A DNA stretch of 34,184 nt from an uncultured Rikenellaceae bacterium (lineage in GTDB: Bacteria > Bacteroidota > Bacteroidia > Bacteroidales > VadinHA17). The translations under genes and the position numbers were made by a program. Shown piece after piece: positions 24,397-32,447 of the stretch. Every line of letters starts with the position of its first letter. Position 1 is the stretch's first letter. The notes under the pieces are model-generated. The model was not told where the DNA came from, did no database searches, and was given only the letters and a program-made list of their open reading frames with translations. The stretch spans positions 1 through 34,184 of the forward strand of contig CAZCQC010000002.1 in assembly GCA_964500155.1 (NCBI GenBank). Reading direction: 5' to 3'.

Positions 24397-25302
24397 ATGT
24401 TTAAGAGACTGATTTCATTTTTGGCCATCACATTAATCCTTATTCCGCAATCCGCAAGATCTCAGGATGGAAGCTTATCCAATATTCTGAAGCCGGGAGC
24501 AGAGCTTATAAAGCTGGCTGGTGATTTCAGCTTTACCGAGGGCCCTTCATCCGATAAAGCCGGTAATGTCTATTTCACCGATCAGCCGAACGACAGGATA
24601 ATGGTGTGGAGCACTGAAGGAAAGTTATCGACATTCATGCAGCCTTCGGGTCGTTCAAACGGACTCTTTTTTGACAGCAGGGGAAACCTGTGGTCGTGTG
24701 CAGACGAGAAAAACGAGCTCTGGTGCATCAGCCCAGAAAAAAAAATTGAATCAATCCTGAATACATTTAACGGCAAGCTACTTAATGGTCCGAATGATCT
24801 CTGGGTTGCTCCTGACGGAAGTATTTTTTTTACCGATCCTTTTTACAAAAGACCATGGTGGGGCCATTCCGAAATGCCCCAGGAAAAGCAGTGTGTCTAT
24901 TTTCTGGGCACCGATCATAAAACCCTGAAACGGGTTGAGGAGGAGCTGCTGCAACCTAACGGAATAGTTGGAACTCCCGATGGAAAAACACTCTATGTTG
25001 CTGACATAAAAGGCAATAAAACCTGGTCCTTCCAGATCAATTCCGATGGTAGCCTGTCTGGTAAAAAGCTTTTTTGTGAATTGGGATCTGATGGCATGAC
25101 AATCGACCTGAAAGGGAATATTTATCTTACAGGTAAAGGAGTCACTGTATTCGATAAAACAGGTAAAAAACTCGGAAACATACCTGTGCCTGAAAACTGG
25201 ACAGCAAATGTTTGTTTCGGTGGGAAGGACAGAAAATCGCTTTTCGTTACTGCAAGCAAGGGTCTGTATATGATAAGGACACGTACGAAAGGAGTCAGTT
25301 GA
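24397..25302 (+). CDS. SMP-30/gluconolactonase/LRE family protein, secreted
   Basis: Signal peptide MFKRLISFLAITLILIPQSARSQ. Beta-propeller motifs FTEGPSSDKAGNVYFTD, NGPNDLWVAPDGSIFFTD and PNGI. The ATG at 24397 is preferred over the TTG at 24367, which lies inside the repeat. Confidence 0.8.
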   Translation: MFKRLISFLAITLILIPQSARSQDGSLSNILKPGAELIKLAGDFSFTEGPSSDKAGNVYFTDQPNDRIMVWSTEGKLSTFMQPSGRSNGLFFDSRGNLWSCADEKNELWCISPEKKIESILNTFNGKLLNGPNDLWVAPDGSIFFTDPFYKRPWWGHSEMPQEKQCVYFLGTDHKTLKRVEEELLQPNGIVGTPDGKTLYVADIKGNKTWSFQINSDGSLSGKKLFCELGSDGMTIDLKGNIYLTGKGVTVFDKTGKKLGNIPVPENWTANVCFGGKDRKSLFVTASKGLYMIRTRTKGVS

Positions 25303-25439
25303 TCAGCAAATAGGTCCGCCTTATCAAATCTTTAACATTTTTTTGTCTCCGTGAAAATAAAAATATTTATTATTGTATCCTGATTTAATATTTTAGATCA
25401 AATCAAGTATTAACAAATACGTTGCAAATACAGGCATAA

Positions 25440-25640
25440 ATGGAAGGGACTCGCAGAGCAGATATAAGACCGGGAATTGATGTAATGGTAGAACTCACTG
25501 AAGACAAACGCACCGGACGGCTTACAGGTGGCAAGGTAAAAGAAATACTCACTTCGGCTCCTATTCATCCGCATGGAATTAAAGTAAAGCTTGAGAACGG
25601 TTTGGTTGGAAGAATCAAGCAGATAATACAGTCTAACTGA
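25440..25640 (+). CDS. ywbE: YwbE family small protein (DUF2196)
   Basis: 66 aa. RADIRPGIDVMV...DKRTGRLTGGKVKEILTSAPIHPHGIKVKLENGLVGRIKQI closely follows the conserved YwbE pattern. Confidence 0.75.
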   Translation: MEGTRRADIRPGIDVMVELTEDKRTGRLTGGKVKEILTSAPIHPHGIKVKLENGLVGRIKQIIQSN

Positions 25641-25660
25641 TCCCCGGTTTAGTAAGTCAT

Positions 25661-25682
25661 AACCCGTTTCCAGCGGGTTTTT
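25661..25682 (+). terminator. Candidate rho-independent terminator after ywbE
   Basis: AACCCG (25661-25666) pairs with CGGGTT (25674-25679) across a 7-nt loop, running into a 5-T tract (25678-25682). The stem is short, so the terminator is only moderate. Confidence 0.45.
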
Positions 25683-25727
25683 CTATGGAAATCAAATCTG
25701 TTGTTTTATTTCTTCATATTTTTAAGC

Positions 25728-25735
25728 TAAATTTG
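25728..25735 (+). promoter_or_regulatory. Candidate -7 box (TAAATTTG) for the pfk-HAD-TonB receptor string
   Basis: Perfect TAnnTTTG 60 nt upstream of the ATG at 25796. An inverted repeat GTGGA-ga-TCCAC (25742-25753) follows at about the expected transcription start. Confidence 0.35.
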
Positions 25736-25795
25736 GATTGTGTGGAGATCCACTTTCCATACAGTAGTTAAGTTTCTAACTCAAATCCGTTTAAA

Positions 25796-27121
25796 ATGAA
25801 GTACGAGGATTTCGTTATCACTACTTTAGGCAAAGGGAGTGTCATTTCACCTCTTAAGACCTCGCAGCGGGAAGACAGTCCTGTATATAAATTCGTAAAT
25901 GACAATGAGCGGATTCTTTATGAGGTTTCACTGGATGATTTTTACAGATATAAGCAGACCGGGGAGACTCCGGTTTCATTTGAAAAGGCCGGACCCAAGG
26001 AAACAATCTTTTTTGAACCTGCAAAAACAAAAGTTGCAATAGTGACCTGCGGAGGATTGTGCCCCGGGTTTAACAATGTCATACGGGCGCTTGTCAACCA
26101 GCTTGTTTACAGGTATGGCATCACCCGTATACTTGGAATACAATACGGTTATGAAGGACTCATTCCGAAATATAACCATTCAGTGATTGAGCTTACACCT
26201 ACAATGGTAAGCGATATCTATCAGTCAGGCGGCACTATTCTCGGCACATCAAGGGGCAATCAGGATGTCGGGCAGATGGTTGACACTCTTGAAATCCTGA
26301 ATATCAATGTCATTTTCTGTATCGGCGGTGACGGTACCCTCAGGGGAGCCCATGCAATTTACAAGGAGATCGAAAAAAGAAAACTCAAAATATCAGTGGC
26401 CGGCATTCCGAAAACGATTGACAACGATATTGATCTGATGCAGAAATCATTCGGTTTTGAAACAGCTTTCTCGATTGCAAATGATATAATCATGAATGCC
26501 CACAACGAAGCTCACGGAGCTTACAACGGCATTGCGCTTGTAAAGCTTATGGGCCGCGATTCGGGTTTTATTGCCGCAAGCGCCGCACTTGCAGTCCAGG
26601 AAGTGAATTTTGTCCTTATCCCTGAAGTGCCATTTGATCTTTATGGTCCGAGGGGCTTTTTGAAGGTCCTGAAAAAACGACTTGAAGAGAGGCATCATGC
26701 TGTAATAGTTGTTGCAGAAGGCGCAGGACAGGAATTTTTTGAGAATGAAAACGCAGAACTAGATGCTTCCGGTAATGTCAAGCATAAAGATATCGGGATC
26801 TATCTCAAGGAGAAGATCAGGGAAGAATTTAATGCCAAAGGATTTCCACACTCAATAAAATATATTGATCCAAGCTATATCATCAGGAGTGCCCCGGCAA
26901 ATGCAAATGACAGCAAATTCAGCAATCTTCTAGCCCAGAATGCCGTCCATGCTGCTCTGGCCGGTAAAACCGACTTCGTTGTGGGATACTGGAATTACGA
27001 ATTTACCCTGATTCCCATTTCAATGGCGGTGGCAAAAAGGAAAAAGATAGATGTTGAAGGGGAATTGTGGTGGAATGTTCTTGAAGCAACAGGCCAGCCC
27101 ATAAGCATGAAAAATCATTAA
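25796..27121 (+). CDS. pfkA: 6-phosphofructokinase (long PfkA-family form; phosphoryl donor ambiguous from motifs)
   Basis: GGLCPGFNNVIRA, CIGGDGTLRGA, GIPKTIDNDI and LMGRDSG motifs. 441 aa. Confidence 0.9.
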   Translation: MKYEDFVITTLGKGSVISPLKTSQREDSPVYKFVNDNERILYEVSLDDFYRYKQTGETPVSFEKAGPKETIFFEPAKTKVAIVTCGGLCPGFNNVIRALVNQLVYRYGITRILGIQYGYEGLIPKYNHSVIELTPTMVSDIYQSGGTILGTSRGNQDVGQMVDTLEILNINVIFCIGGDGTLRGAHAIYKEIEKRKLKISVAGIPKTIDNDIDLMQKSFGFETAFSIANDIIMNAHNEAHGAYNGIALVKLMGRDSGFIAASAALAVQEVNFVLIPEVPFDLYGPRGFLKVLKKRLEERHHAVIVVAEGAGQEFFENENAELDASGNVKHKDIGIYLKEKIREEFNAKGFPHSIKYIDPSYIIRSAPANANDSKFSNLLAQNAVHAALAGKTDFVVGYWNYEFTLIPISMAVAKRKKIDVEGELWWNVLEATGQPISMKNH

Positions 27122-27122
27122 T

Positions 27123-27737
27123 ATGATCAGGACCATCATTTTTGACCTTGGAAATGTGCTTATTAGCTTTATCCCTTCTGAATATCTGAAGAAGAAAAAC
27201 TATCCTTCAACAATAAGAAATATAATCCTTGCTGATATTTTCCAAAGTGAGGAATGGAAGAAGCTTGACAATGGAGATATAACCGTTAATGAGGCTATCG
27301 ACTCTATTGCCCTCAGATCTGCCCTTAAAAGGGAGGAAATAGCCCTTGTTTTCAATTTCAGGGCTGATATAATGTTTCCCCTTGATGACAACGTCAGACT
27401 TCTTCCTGAGCTAAAAAAACAGGGTTTTGGGGTATATTACCTTTCCAACTTCCCCCTGGATACTTTTGAAGACATAAGAAATGACTATTATTTTTTCAGG
27501 CATTTCGATGGAGGCATCATATCCTCAGAGGTAAAACTCTCAAAACCCGATGCCAGAATATACAGATGTTTTCTTGACAGATACTCATTAAATGCCGGAG
27601 AATGCCTTTATATTGATGATATCGAGGAAAATGTCAGGGCCGCAGAATCAACAGGGATGCAGTGTCTCCTGACATATGGATCTCCGAAAATCGCTTCTCT
27701 GATCGAGGAAAAACTGAATATCAGGTTGGGAAATTAA
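27123..27737 (+). CDS. HAD-superfamily hydrolase (subfamily IA-like)
   Basis: Motif I IIFDLGNVL, motif II YYLSN, motif IV YIDDIEEN. The ATG starts 1 nt after the pfk stop. Confidence 0.8.
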   Translation: MIRTIIFDLGNVLISFIPSEYLKKKNYPSTIRNIILADIFQSEEWKKLDNGDITVNEAIDSIALRSALKREEIALVFNFRADIMFPLDDNVRLLPELKKQGFGVYYLSNFPLDTFEDIRNDYYFFRHFDGGIISSEVKLSKPDARIYRCFLDRYSLNAGECLYIDDIEENVRAAESTGMQCLLTYGSPKIASLIEEKLNIRLGN

Positions 27738-27744
27738 ATTTTAA

Positions 27745-30117
27745 ATGGTACTGCATGGCTTACTTTGGGTTTTCCTGACTTTTATTAGCCTGACAATACA
27801 TGCTCAAACAATCACCCAGACTTTAAAGGGGGTTGTAACCGACAAAGAGACCGGCAGGCCGCTGGCCGGGGCAAATATTCTGATTCTAAATACCGAACCT
27901 CTCTCCGGGACATCAACCGATGGTGAGGGTAAATTCAGGCTGAATGCTGAAATAGGAAGGATCTCGGTAAAAGTGACATTCCTTGGATACGAGGACCTAT
28001 TTATAAATGATATTCTGATTGCTTCCGGTAAGGAAATTTATATTCCGGTCGGGCTTCAGGAGAAAGTCATTCAGACTGGAATGGTTATTGTCAGACCAGG
28101 AGATTCAGGAAAATCAAGTCTGAATCCCATGGCCACGGTAAGTGCCACTACAATCAGGACAAAAGATGCGATGCGATATGCCGGGGGATTCTATGATCCC
28201 TCCAGGATAGTGAATGCATTTGCCGGGATAAGCAACGCAAACAATGACTACAGTAACGATATTGTCATCCGGGGTAATTCATCTCGCGGATTGTTATGGC
28301 GGCTTGAGGGAATTGAGATTCCTAATCCTAACCATTTCAGTGACGGGCAGGGAGGGAGCGGAGGTGCATTTTCAGCGATAACATCAAATGTGATCGACAA
28401 TTTTGATTTTTTCACCGGGGCATTTCCTGCTGAATACGGGAATGCCTTTTCAGGTGTAATGGATCTGAACCTGAGAAAAGGCAACTCTGATAAACGCGAA
28501 TATGCATTTCAGACAGGAATGATAGGTGCCGAAATTTCAATGGAAGGTCCCTTTTCAAAAAGATCCGACGCTTCTTTTCTGTTCAACGCACGGTATACAA
28601 GCTTCAAATTCCTTAGCGATCTGAAAATAATTGATCTTGAAGAAACAAACGTCGCCCCATGCACCAGGGATCTGATTTTCAATATTAACCTGCCTCTACG
28701 TAATGCCGGATCAATTAATTTTTTCGGCCTGCTTGCATCGAACCGGATAGGTAAAAAAGTGGTTCGCGACTCATCATCCTGGAAGACACTCTCAGACAGG
28801 TGGGAAGAAATGGGTCTGCAAAGCTCAGGGACATTCGGCGCAAAATACATTTATACTATGCCTGATGCAAAGACATATCTTAAATCAGTGATAGCATATT
28901 CCTCCTGCTCAGATTCATGGTATGAAGGTTATATCGACTCATCATATATCCGAACCAACAGCTATTCTTCAGATTACAGATATCCCTCGTTCAGATACTC
29001 TTTCCTGGTCAATCATAAGCTGAACCAGAAGAACATTTTCAGAACAGGTGTCAACCTGAATTTTTTGTCAGGCACAATGTCTGATTACAGACTTAATTCC
29101 ACCGGCGGATTTGATACTCTTCTTGATCCCTCTGTAAGAGGCAATATATACCAGAGTTATTTTCAATGGAAATACAGAAGTGCATCAAATTTTGAATTTA
29201 TTGCCGGATTACATTTTATGAAGTTCTCATTGAATGATCAGGCAAGCCTCGAGCCAAGGTTTGGTATTCGCTGGCAAATGGCTCCGGGAAACGTTTTTCT
29301 TGCCGGATTCGGACTTCACTCCAAAACTGAATCGCTCGCAGTTTATAATGCTTTGATCAGAGACAAGAATGGGATAAGGGGACTTCTGAATAATGACCTT
29401 GAACTTTCAAAATCCCTTCACTGGGTTGCGGGACTGGACCTGATGATGACTGAGGATTTAAGGTTCCGGATCGAGGGCTATATCCAGTATCTTTTCAATG
29501 TCCCGATTGTTAATAAAATCACCAGTCAGTATTCAACCATAAATGCCGCGGAAAGGCTTACTGATGCAGTGCTGGAGAATGCAGGGACAGGAATGAACAA
29601 TGGAATAGAAATTACTTTTGAAAAAGCTTTCAACCGGAATTATTATTTCCTTATTACCGGATCCATTATGGATTCGTGGTACAGGGCCGGAGACAAGAGG
29701 CGTTATAACTCTTACTATAACACAAGGTACATTTCAAACATTATCGGTGGTAAGGATTTTCCCGTCGGAAGGAACAAAAGAAACAGTATTGGAATAAACA
29801 GCCGATTTATTCTCAGGGGAGGGTACAGATATACTCCGGTAAATGAATACCAGTCACTGAAGAGTAAAAGGATAATATATGATAATTACCAGAGTTATAA
29901 AAATCAATTGCCTGATTTCATCCGGTTCGATGCAGGTATCAATTTCCGAAAGAACCATCCCGAATATTCCTGGATAATAATGCTTGATATTCAGAATGCG
30001 ACTGGCAGGAGAAATATTTATAGGAGAAGGTACAGTTACGAAAATGGTCATATCATTTCAAATGATATTCTCAGCCTTGGAATGGTTCCGGTATTTAATT
30101 TCAGGGTGGAATTCTAG
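27745..30117 (+). CDS. TonB-dependent receptor with N-terminal carboxypeptidase-regulatory-like domain
   Basis: Signal peptide. GVVTDKETGRPLAGANILI (CarbopepD_reg-like). A plug region, a long beta-barrel-like Tyr/Asn/Ser/Gly-rich sequence, and a terminal aromatic residue (FNFRVEF). Starts 7 nt after the HAD gene stop. Confidence 0.8.
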   Translation: MVLHGLLWVFLTFISLTIHAQTITQTLKGVVTDKETGRPLAGANILILNTEPLSGTSTDGEGKFRLNAEIGRISVKVTFLGYEDLFINDILIASGKEIYIPVGLQEKVIQTGMVIVRPGDSGKSSLNPMATVSATTIRTKDAMRYAGGFYDPSRIVNAFAGISNANNDYSNDIVIRGNSSRGLLWRLEGIEIPNPNHFSDGQGGSGGAFSAITSNVIDNFDFFTGAFPAEYGNAFSGVMDLNLRKGNSDKREYAFQTGMIGAEISMEGPFSKRSDASFLFNARYTSFKFLSDLKIIDLEETNVAPCTRDLIFNINLPLRNAGSINFFGLLASNRIGKKVVRDSSSWKTLSDRWEEMGLQSSGTFGAKYIYTMPDAKTYLKSVIAYSSCSDSWYEGYIDSSYIRTNSYSSDYRYPSFRYSFLVNHKLNQKNIFRTGVNLNFLSGTMSDYRLNSTGGFDTLLDPSVRGNIYQSYFQWKYRSASNFEFIAGLHFMKFSLNDQASLEPRFGIRWQMAPGNVFLAGFGLHSKTESLAVYNALIRDKNGIRGLLNNDLELSKSLHWVAGLDLMMTEDLRFRIEGYIQYLFNVPIVNKITSQYSTINAAERLTDAVLENAGTGMNNGIEITFEKAFNRNYYFLITGSIMDSWYRAGDKRRYNSYYNTRYISNIIGGKDFPVGRNKRNSIGINSRFILRGGYRYTPVNEYQSLKSKRIIYDNYQSYKNQLPDFIRFDAGINFRKNHPEYSWIIMLDIQNATGRRNIYRRRYSYENGHIISNDILSLGMVPVFNFRVEF

Positions 30118-30140
30118 AAAGGGTTTCTAATTTATTCTAA

Positions 30141-30240
30141 ACCCCCTCTTAATCTCCCCCAAAGGGGGAGAAAAACCTATTGACATATTATAATCCTTTT
30201 AATATGCTTGACGCTTTTCCCCCGCCAACTGGCGAGGGAA
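30141..30240. repeat. Palindromic repeat family, locus B (paralogue of the 32282-32407 element, same orientation)
   Basis: ACCCCCTCTTAATCTCCCCCAAAGGGGGAGAAAAA matches 32284-32318 at 30 of 35 positions by manual alignment. Hairpins are CTCCCCC-aaa-GGGGGAG (30154-30170) and the imperfect TTCCCCCGCCAACTGGCGAGGGAA (30217-30240). Confidence 0.75.
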
Positions 30241-30413
30241 TTATAAGTGGAGGACTAAGTTTTGGCAGAATTTCCTTTAAGTATTCCGTACTCTCTTCCT
30301 GAACCATGGAATTTAATCAATTCTCAGGGACTTAACAGGAGTTTGCTCCTTATTTATATATTTGTTAATGAGACATATATCAGATTTTTATTGAGCTTTA
30401 CTTAAAATGTGAT

Positions 30414-32213
30414 TCAGGGGCGGTTTTTATAGAATTTAGTTAAAATCTGTGCCCTGCTCCTGCCCACAAGTCTTTCAAGTTCCCCTGCAGATGTTTTTTT
30501 AATTTTTTCGGGTGATTCAAAAGTCTTCAACAAGATCTCCTTTGTTTTTGGTCCGATACCTTTAATCTCATCCAGTTCTGATTTTGTCATTCCCGATGAG
30601 CGTTTGTCACGATGGAAATTAATCCCGAACCTGTGAGCTTCATTTCTCATTTGCTGGATCAATTTCAGACTGAATGAATTTTTATCAAGATATATTGGGA
30701 CAGAGTCCCCCGGGAAATATATTTCCTCAAGTTTTTTTGCAATTCCAATAATTGTTACATTCTCCCTTAATCCAAGCTTATCAAGGCTCTTCACCGCTGA
30801 CGAAAGTTGTCCTTTTCCTCCGTCAATAACAATAAGCTGAGGAACCGGGTTATTTTCTTCAAGCATCCTTTTGTACCTCCTGTAAATAACCTCTTCCATT
30901 GAAGAAAAATCATCCGGACCGGTAACAGTTTTTATATTGAAATGCCTGTAATCCTTTTTGCTTGGCTGTCCGTTACGAAATACGACACATGCGGCAACCG
31001 GATCCTTTCCCATGATATTTGAATTGTCAAAGCATTCAATATGAACAGGAATGACGGGCATATGAAGGTCATTTTTTACTTTTTCAAGATTTTTTCCAGT
31101 TCTTGAGACAGGCTTATGTTCAAGCAGTTTTTTCCTTTGTTCAAGCTTGTAATAGATAGCATTCCTTTCAGCGAGCTCCAGGAGCTTGAGTTTTTCTCCG
31201 ATCTTAGGAATTGTATATCTTATTTTATCCAGTTGAATATCAGGATGAAATGGCACTATAATTTCAGGAGAATCGCTTGAATAGCGTCCTCTTATTTCTG
31301 TAATTGCAGATCCAAGCAAAGACTCCTTTTCTTCATCAACCCTCAATCTTAATTCAAGCGTAAATGCCTGTACCACTGCGCCTTCAACCACTTTAAGATA
31401 ATTTATATAACATCTTTCATTGTCCTGTGTAAAAGCAAAGACATCGACATTCTTTATTATATTGCTGACCACTGCAGAGTGGCTCCTGAATCGGTTCAGA
31501 ATCTCTATCTTTTCCTTAAGCATCTGGGCTTCTTCGAACCGTAACTCCCTGGAAAAATCCGCCATTTTATCTTTCAGATGGCTTGTAACTGTTAGGATAT
31601 TTCCCTTGAGGATATCTCTAATCTGGCGTATAGTTTCATCATATTCAAATGCACTTTGATTGCCAATGCACGGAGCTTTGCAGTTGCCGATATGGTATTC
31701 AAGGCAGGGTCTGAACTTTCCCGCTGAGATATTGGCTTCCGTCAGGCTTAAGGTACAAGTCCTGAGTTTATAAAGCTGCCTTATCAGCGTAAGAAGAGTT
31801 TTTACCATCAGCCCTGAAGTATAAGGTCCGAAATATTGGGATCCGTCCTTAAAAACATTTCTTGTACTGAAGACCCTGGGAAATGGTTCGTTCTTTATGC
31901 AGATCCGGGGAAATGTTTTATCATCTTTTAAAAGTATGTTATATCTGGGCTGGTGTTTTTTAATGAGGTTATTCTCAAGCAATAGTGCATCTGATTCATT
32001 TTCCACAACAATATGCCTGATATCTGCTGCTTTGTTAAGCATCACAGTTGTTTTGCCGGATTGATTCTTAGCAAAATAAGAAGTAACTCTCTTCCTCAGA
32101 TTCTTTGCCTTGCCGATGTAGATTATTTTGCCAAATGAGTCAATAAACTGATACACTCCAGGATTATCGGGTAGCGAACTGAGAATTGATTGTATATCTG
32201 TAATAAATGACAT
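30414..32213 (-). CDS. uvrC: Excinuclease ABC subunit C
   Basis: N-terminal GIY-YIG (GVYQFIDSFGKIIYIGKAKNLRKRV). UVR domain, RNase H-like endonuclease region and C-terminal (HhH)2 (IKGIGPKTKEILLKTF). 599 aa. Confidence 0.95.
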   Translation of the reverse strand: MSFITDIQSILSSLPDNPGVYQFIDSFGKIIYIGKAKNLRKRVTSYFAKNQSGKTTVMLNKAADIRHIVVENESDALLLENNLIKKHQPRYNILLKDDKTFPRICIKNEPFPRVFSTRNVFKDGSQYFGPYTSGLMVKTLLTLIRQLYKLRTCTLSLTEANISAGKFRPCLEYHIGNCKAPCIGNQSAFEYDETIRQIRDILKGNILTVTSHLKDKMADFSRELRFEEAQMLKEKIEILNRFRSHSAVVSNIIKNVDVFAFTQDNERCYINYLKVVEGAVVQAFTLELRLRVDEEKESLLGSAITEIRGRYSSDSPEIIVPFHPDIQLDKIRYTIPKIGEKLKLLELAERNAIYYKLEQRKKLLEHKPVSRTGKNLEKVKNDLHMPVIPVHIECFDNSNIMGKDPVAACVVFRNGQPSKKDYRHFNIKTVTGPDDFSSMEEVIYRRYKRMLEENNPVPQLIVIDGGKGQLSSAVKSLDKLGLRENVTIIGIAKKLEEIYFPGDSVPIYLDKNSFSLKLIQQMRNEAHRFGINFHRDKRSSGMTKSELDEIKGIGPKTKEILLKTFESPEKIKKTSAGELERLVGRSRAQILTKFYKNRP

Positions 32214-32233
32214 CCGGAGTAAGATTTAGGGAG

Positions 32234-32241
32234 CAAAGATA
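32234..32241 (-). promoter_or_regulatory. Candidate -7 box (TATCTTTG on the - strand) for uvrC
   Basis: The + strand reads CAAAGATA, a perfect TAnnTTTG on the - strand, 20 nt upstream of the uvrC ATG and downstream of the palindromic element. Confidence 0.3.
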
Positions 32242-32281
32242 ATATTAGCAAAGATTAGTTTAACGATTTGAGGTTGACAAA

Positions 32282-32407
32282 TGACCCCCTTTTGATTTCC
32301 CCCAGAGGGGGAAAAAATTCGCAATTTCTTAACATATTTTACTATGAATACAGGTTTCTCTCCCTCAATGGGGTAGATCCCCGCCAATTGGCGGGGAGAG
32401 GGGGTCA
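32282..32407. repeat. 126-bp MITE/REP-like palindromic element with perfect 9-bp terminal inverted repeats (locus C)
   Basis: TGACCCCCT (32282-32290) and AGGGGGTCA (32399-32407). Internal hairpin TTTCCCCC-aga-GGGGGAAA (32296-32314). Perfect 20-nt palindrome TCCCCGCCAATTGGCGGGGA (32378-32397). Confidence 0.8.
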
Positions 32408-32447
32408 ATAATGTTAAAATAAATATGCCGGTGGACTAATGGTGAAT

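Noticed and set aside
27745-30117. TonB-dependent receptor considered as the SusC half of a polysaccharide utilisation locus
   Set aside because: No SusD-like lipoprotein gene follows. The next feature is the repeat element and the convergent uvrC. At 790 aa the protein is also shorter than typical SusC proteins.
32226-32408. 60-aa ORF on the - strand between ade and uvrC
   Set aside because: It lies almost entirely inside the palindromic element. Its sequence (SPSGGNQKGV..., PIEGEKP...) is just a translation of the GC-rich hairpins. It has no start context or family resemblance.
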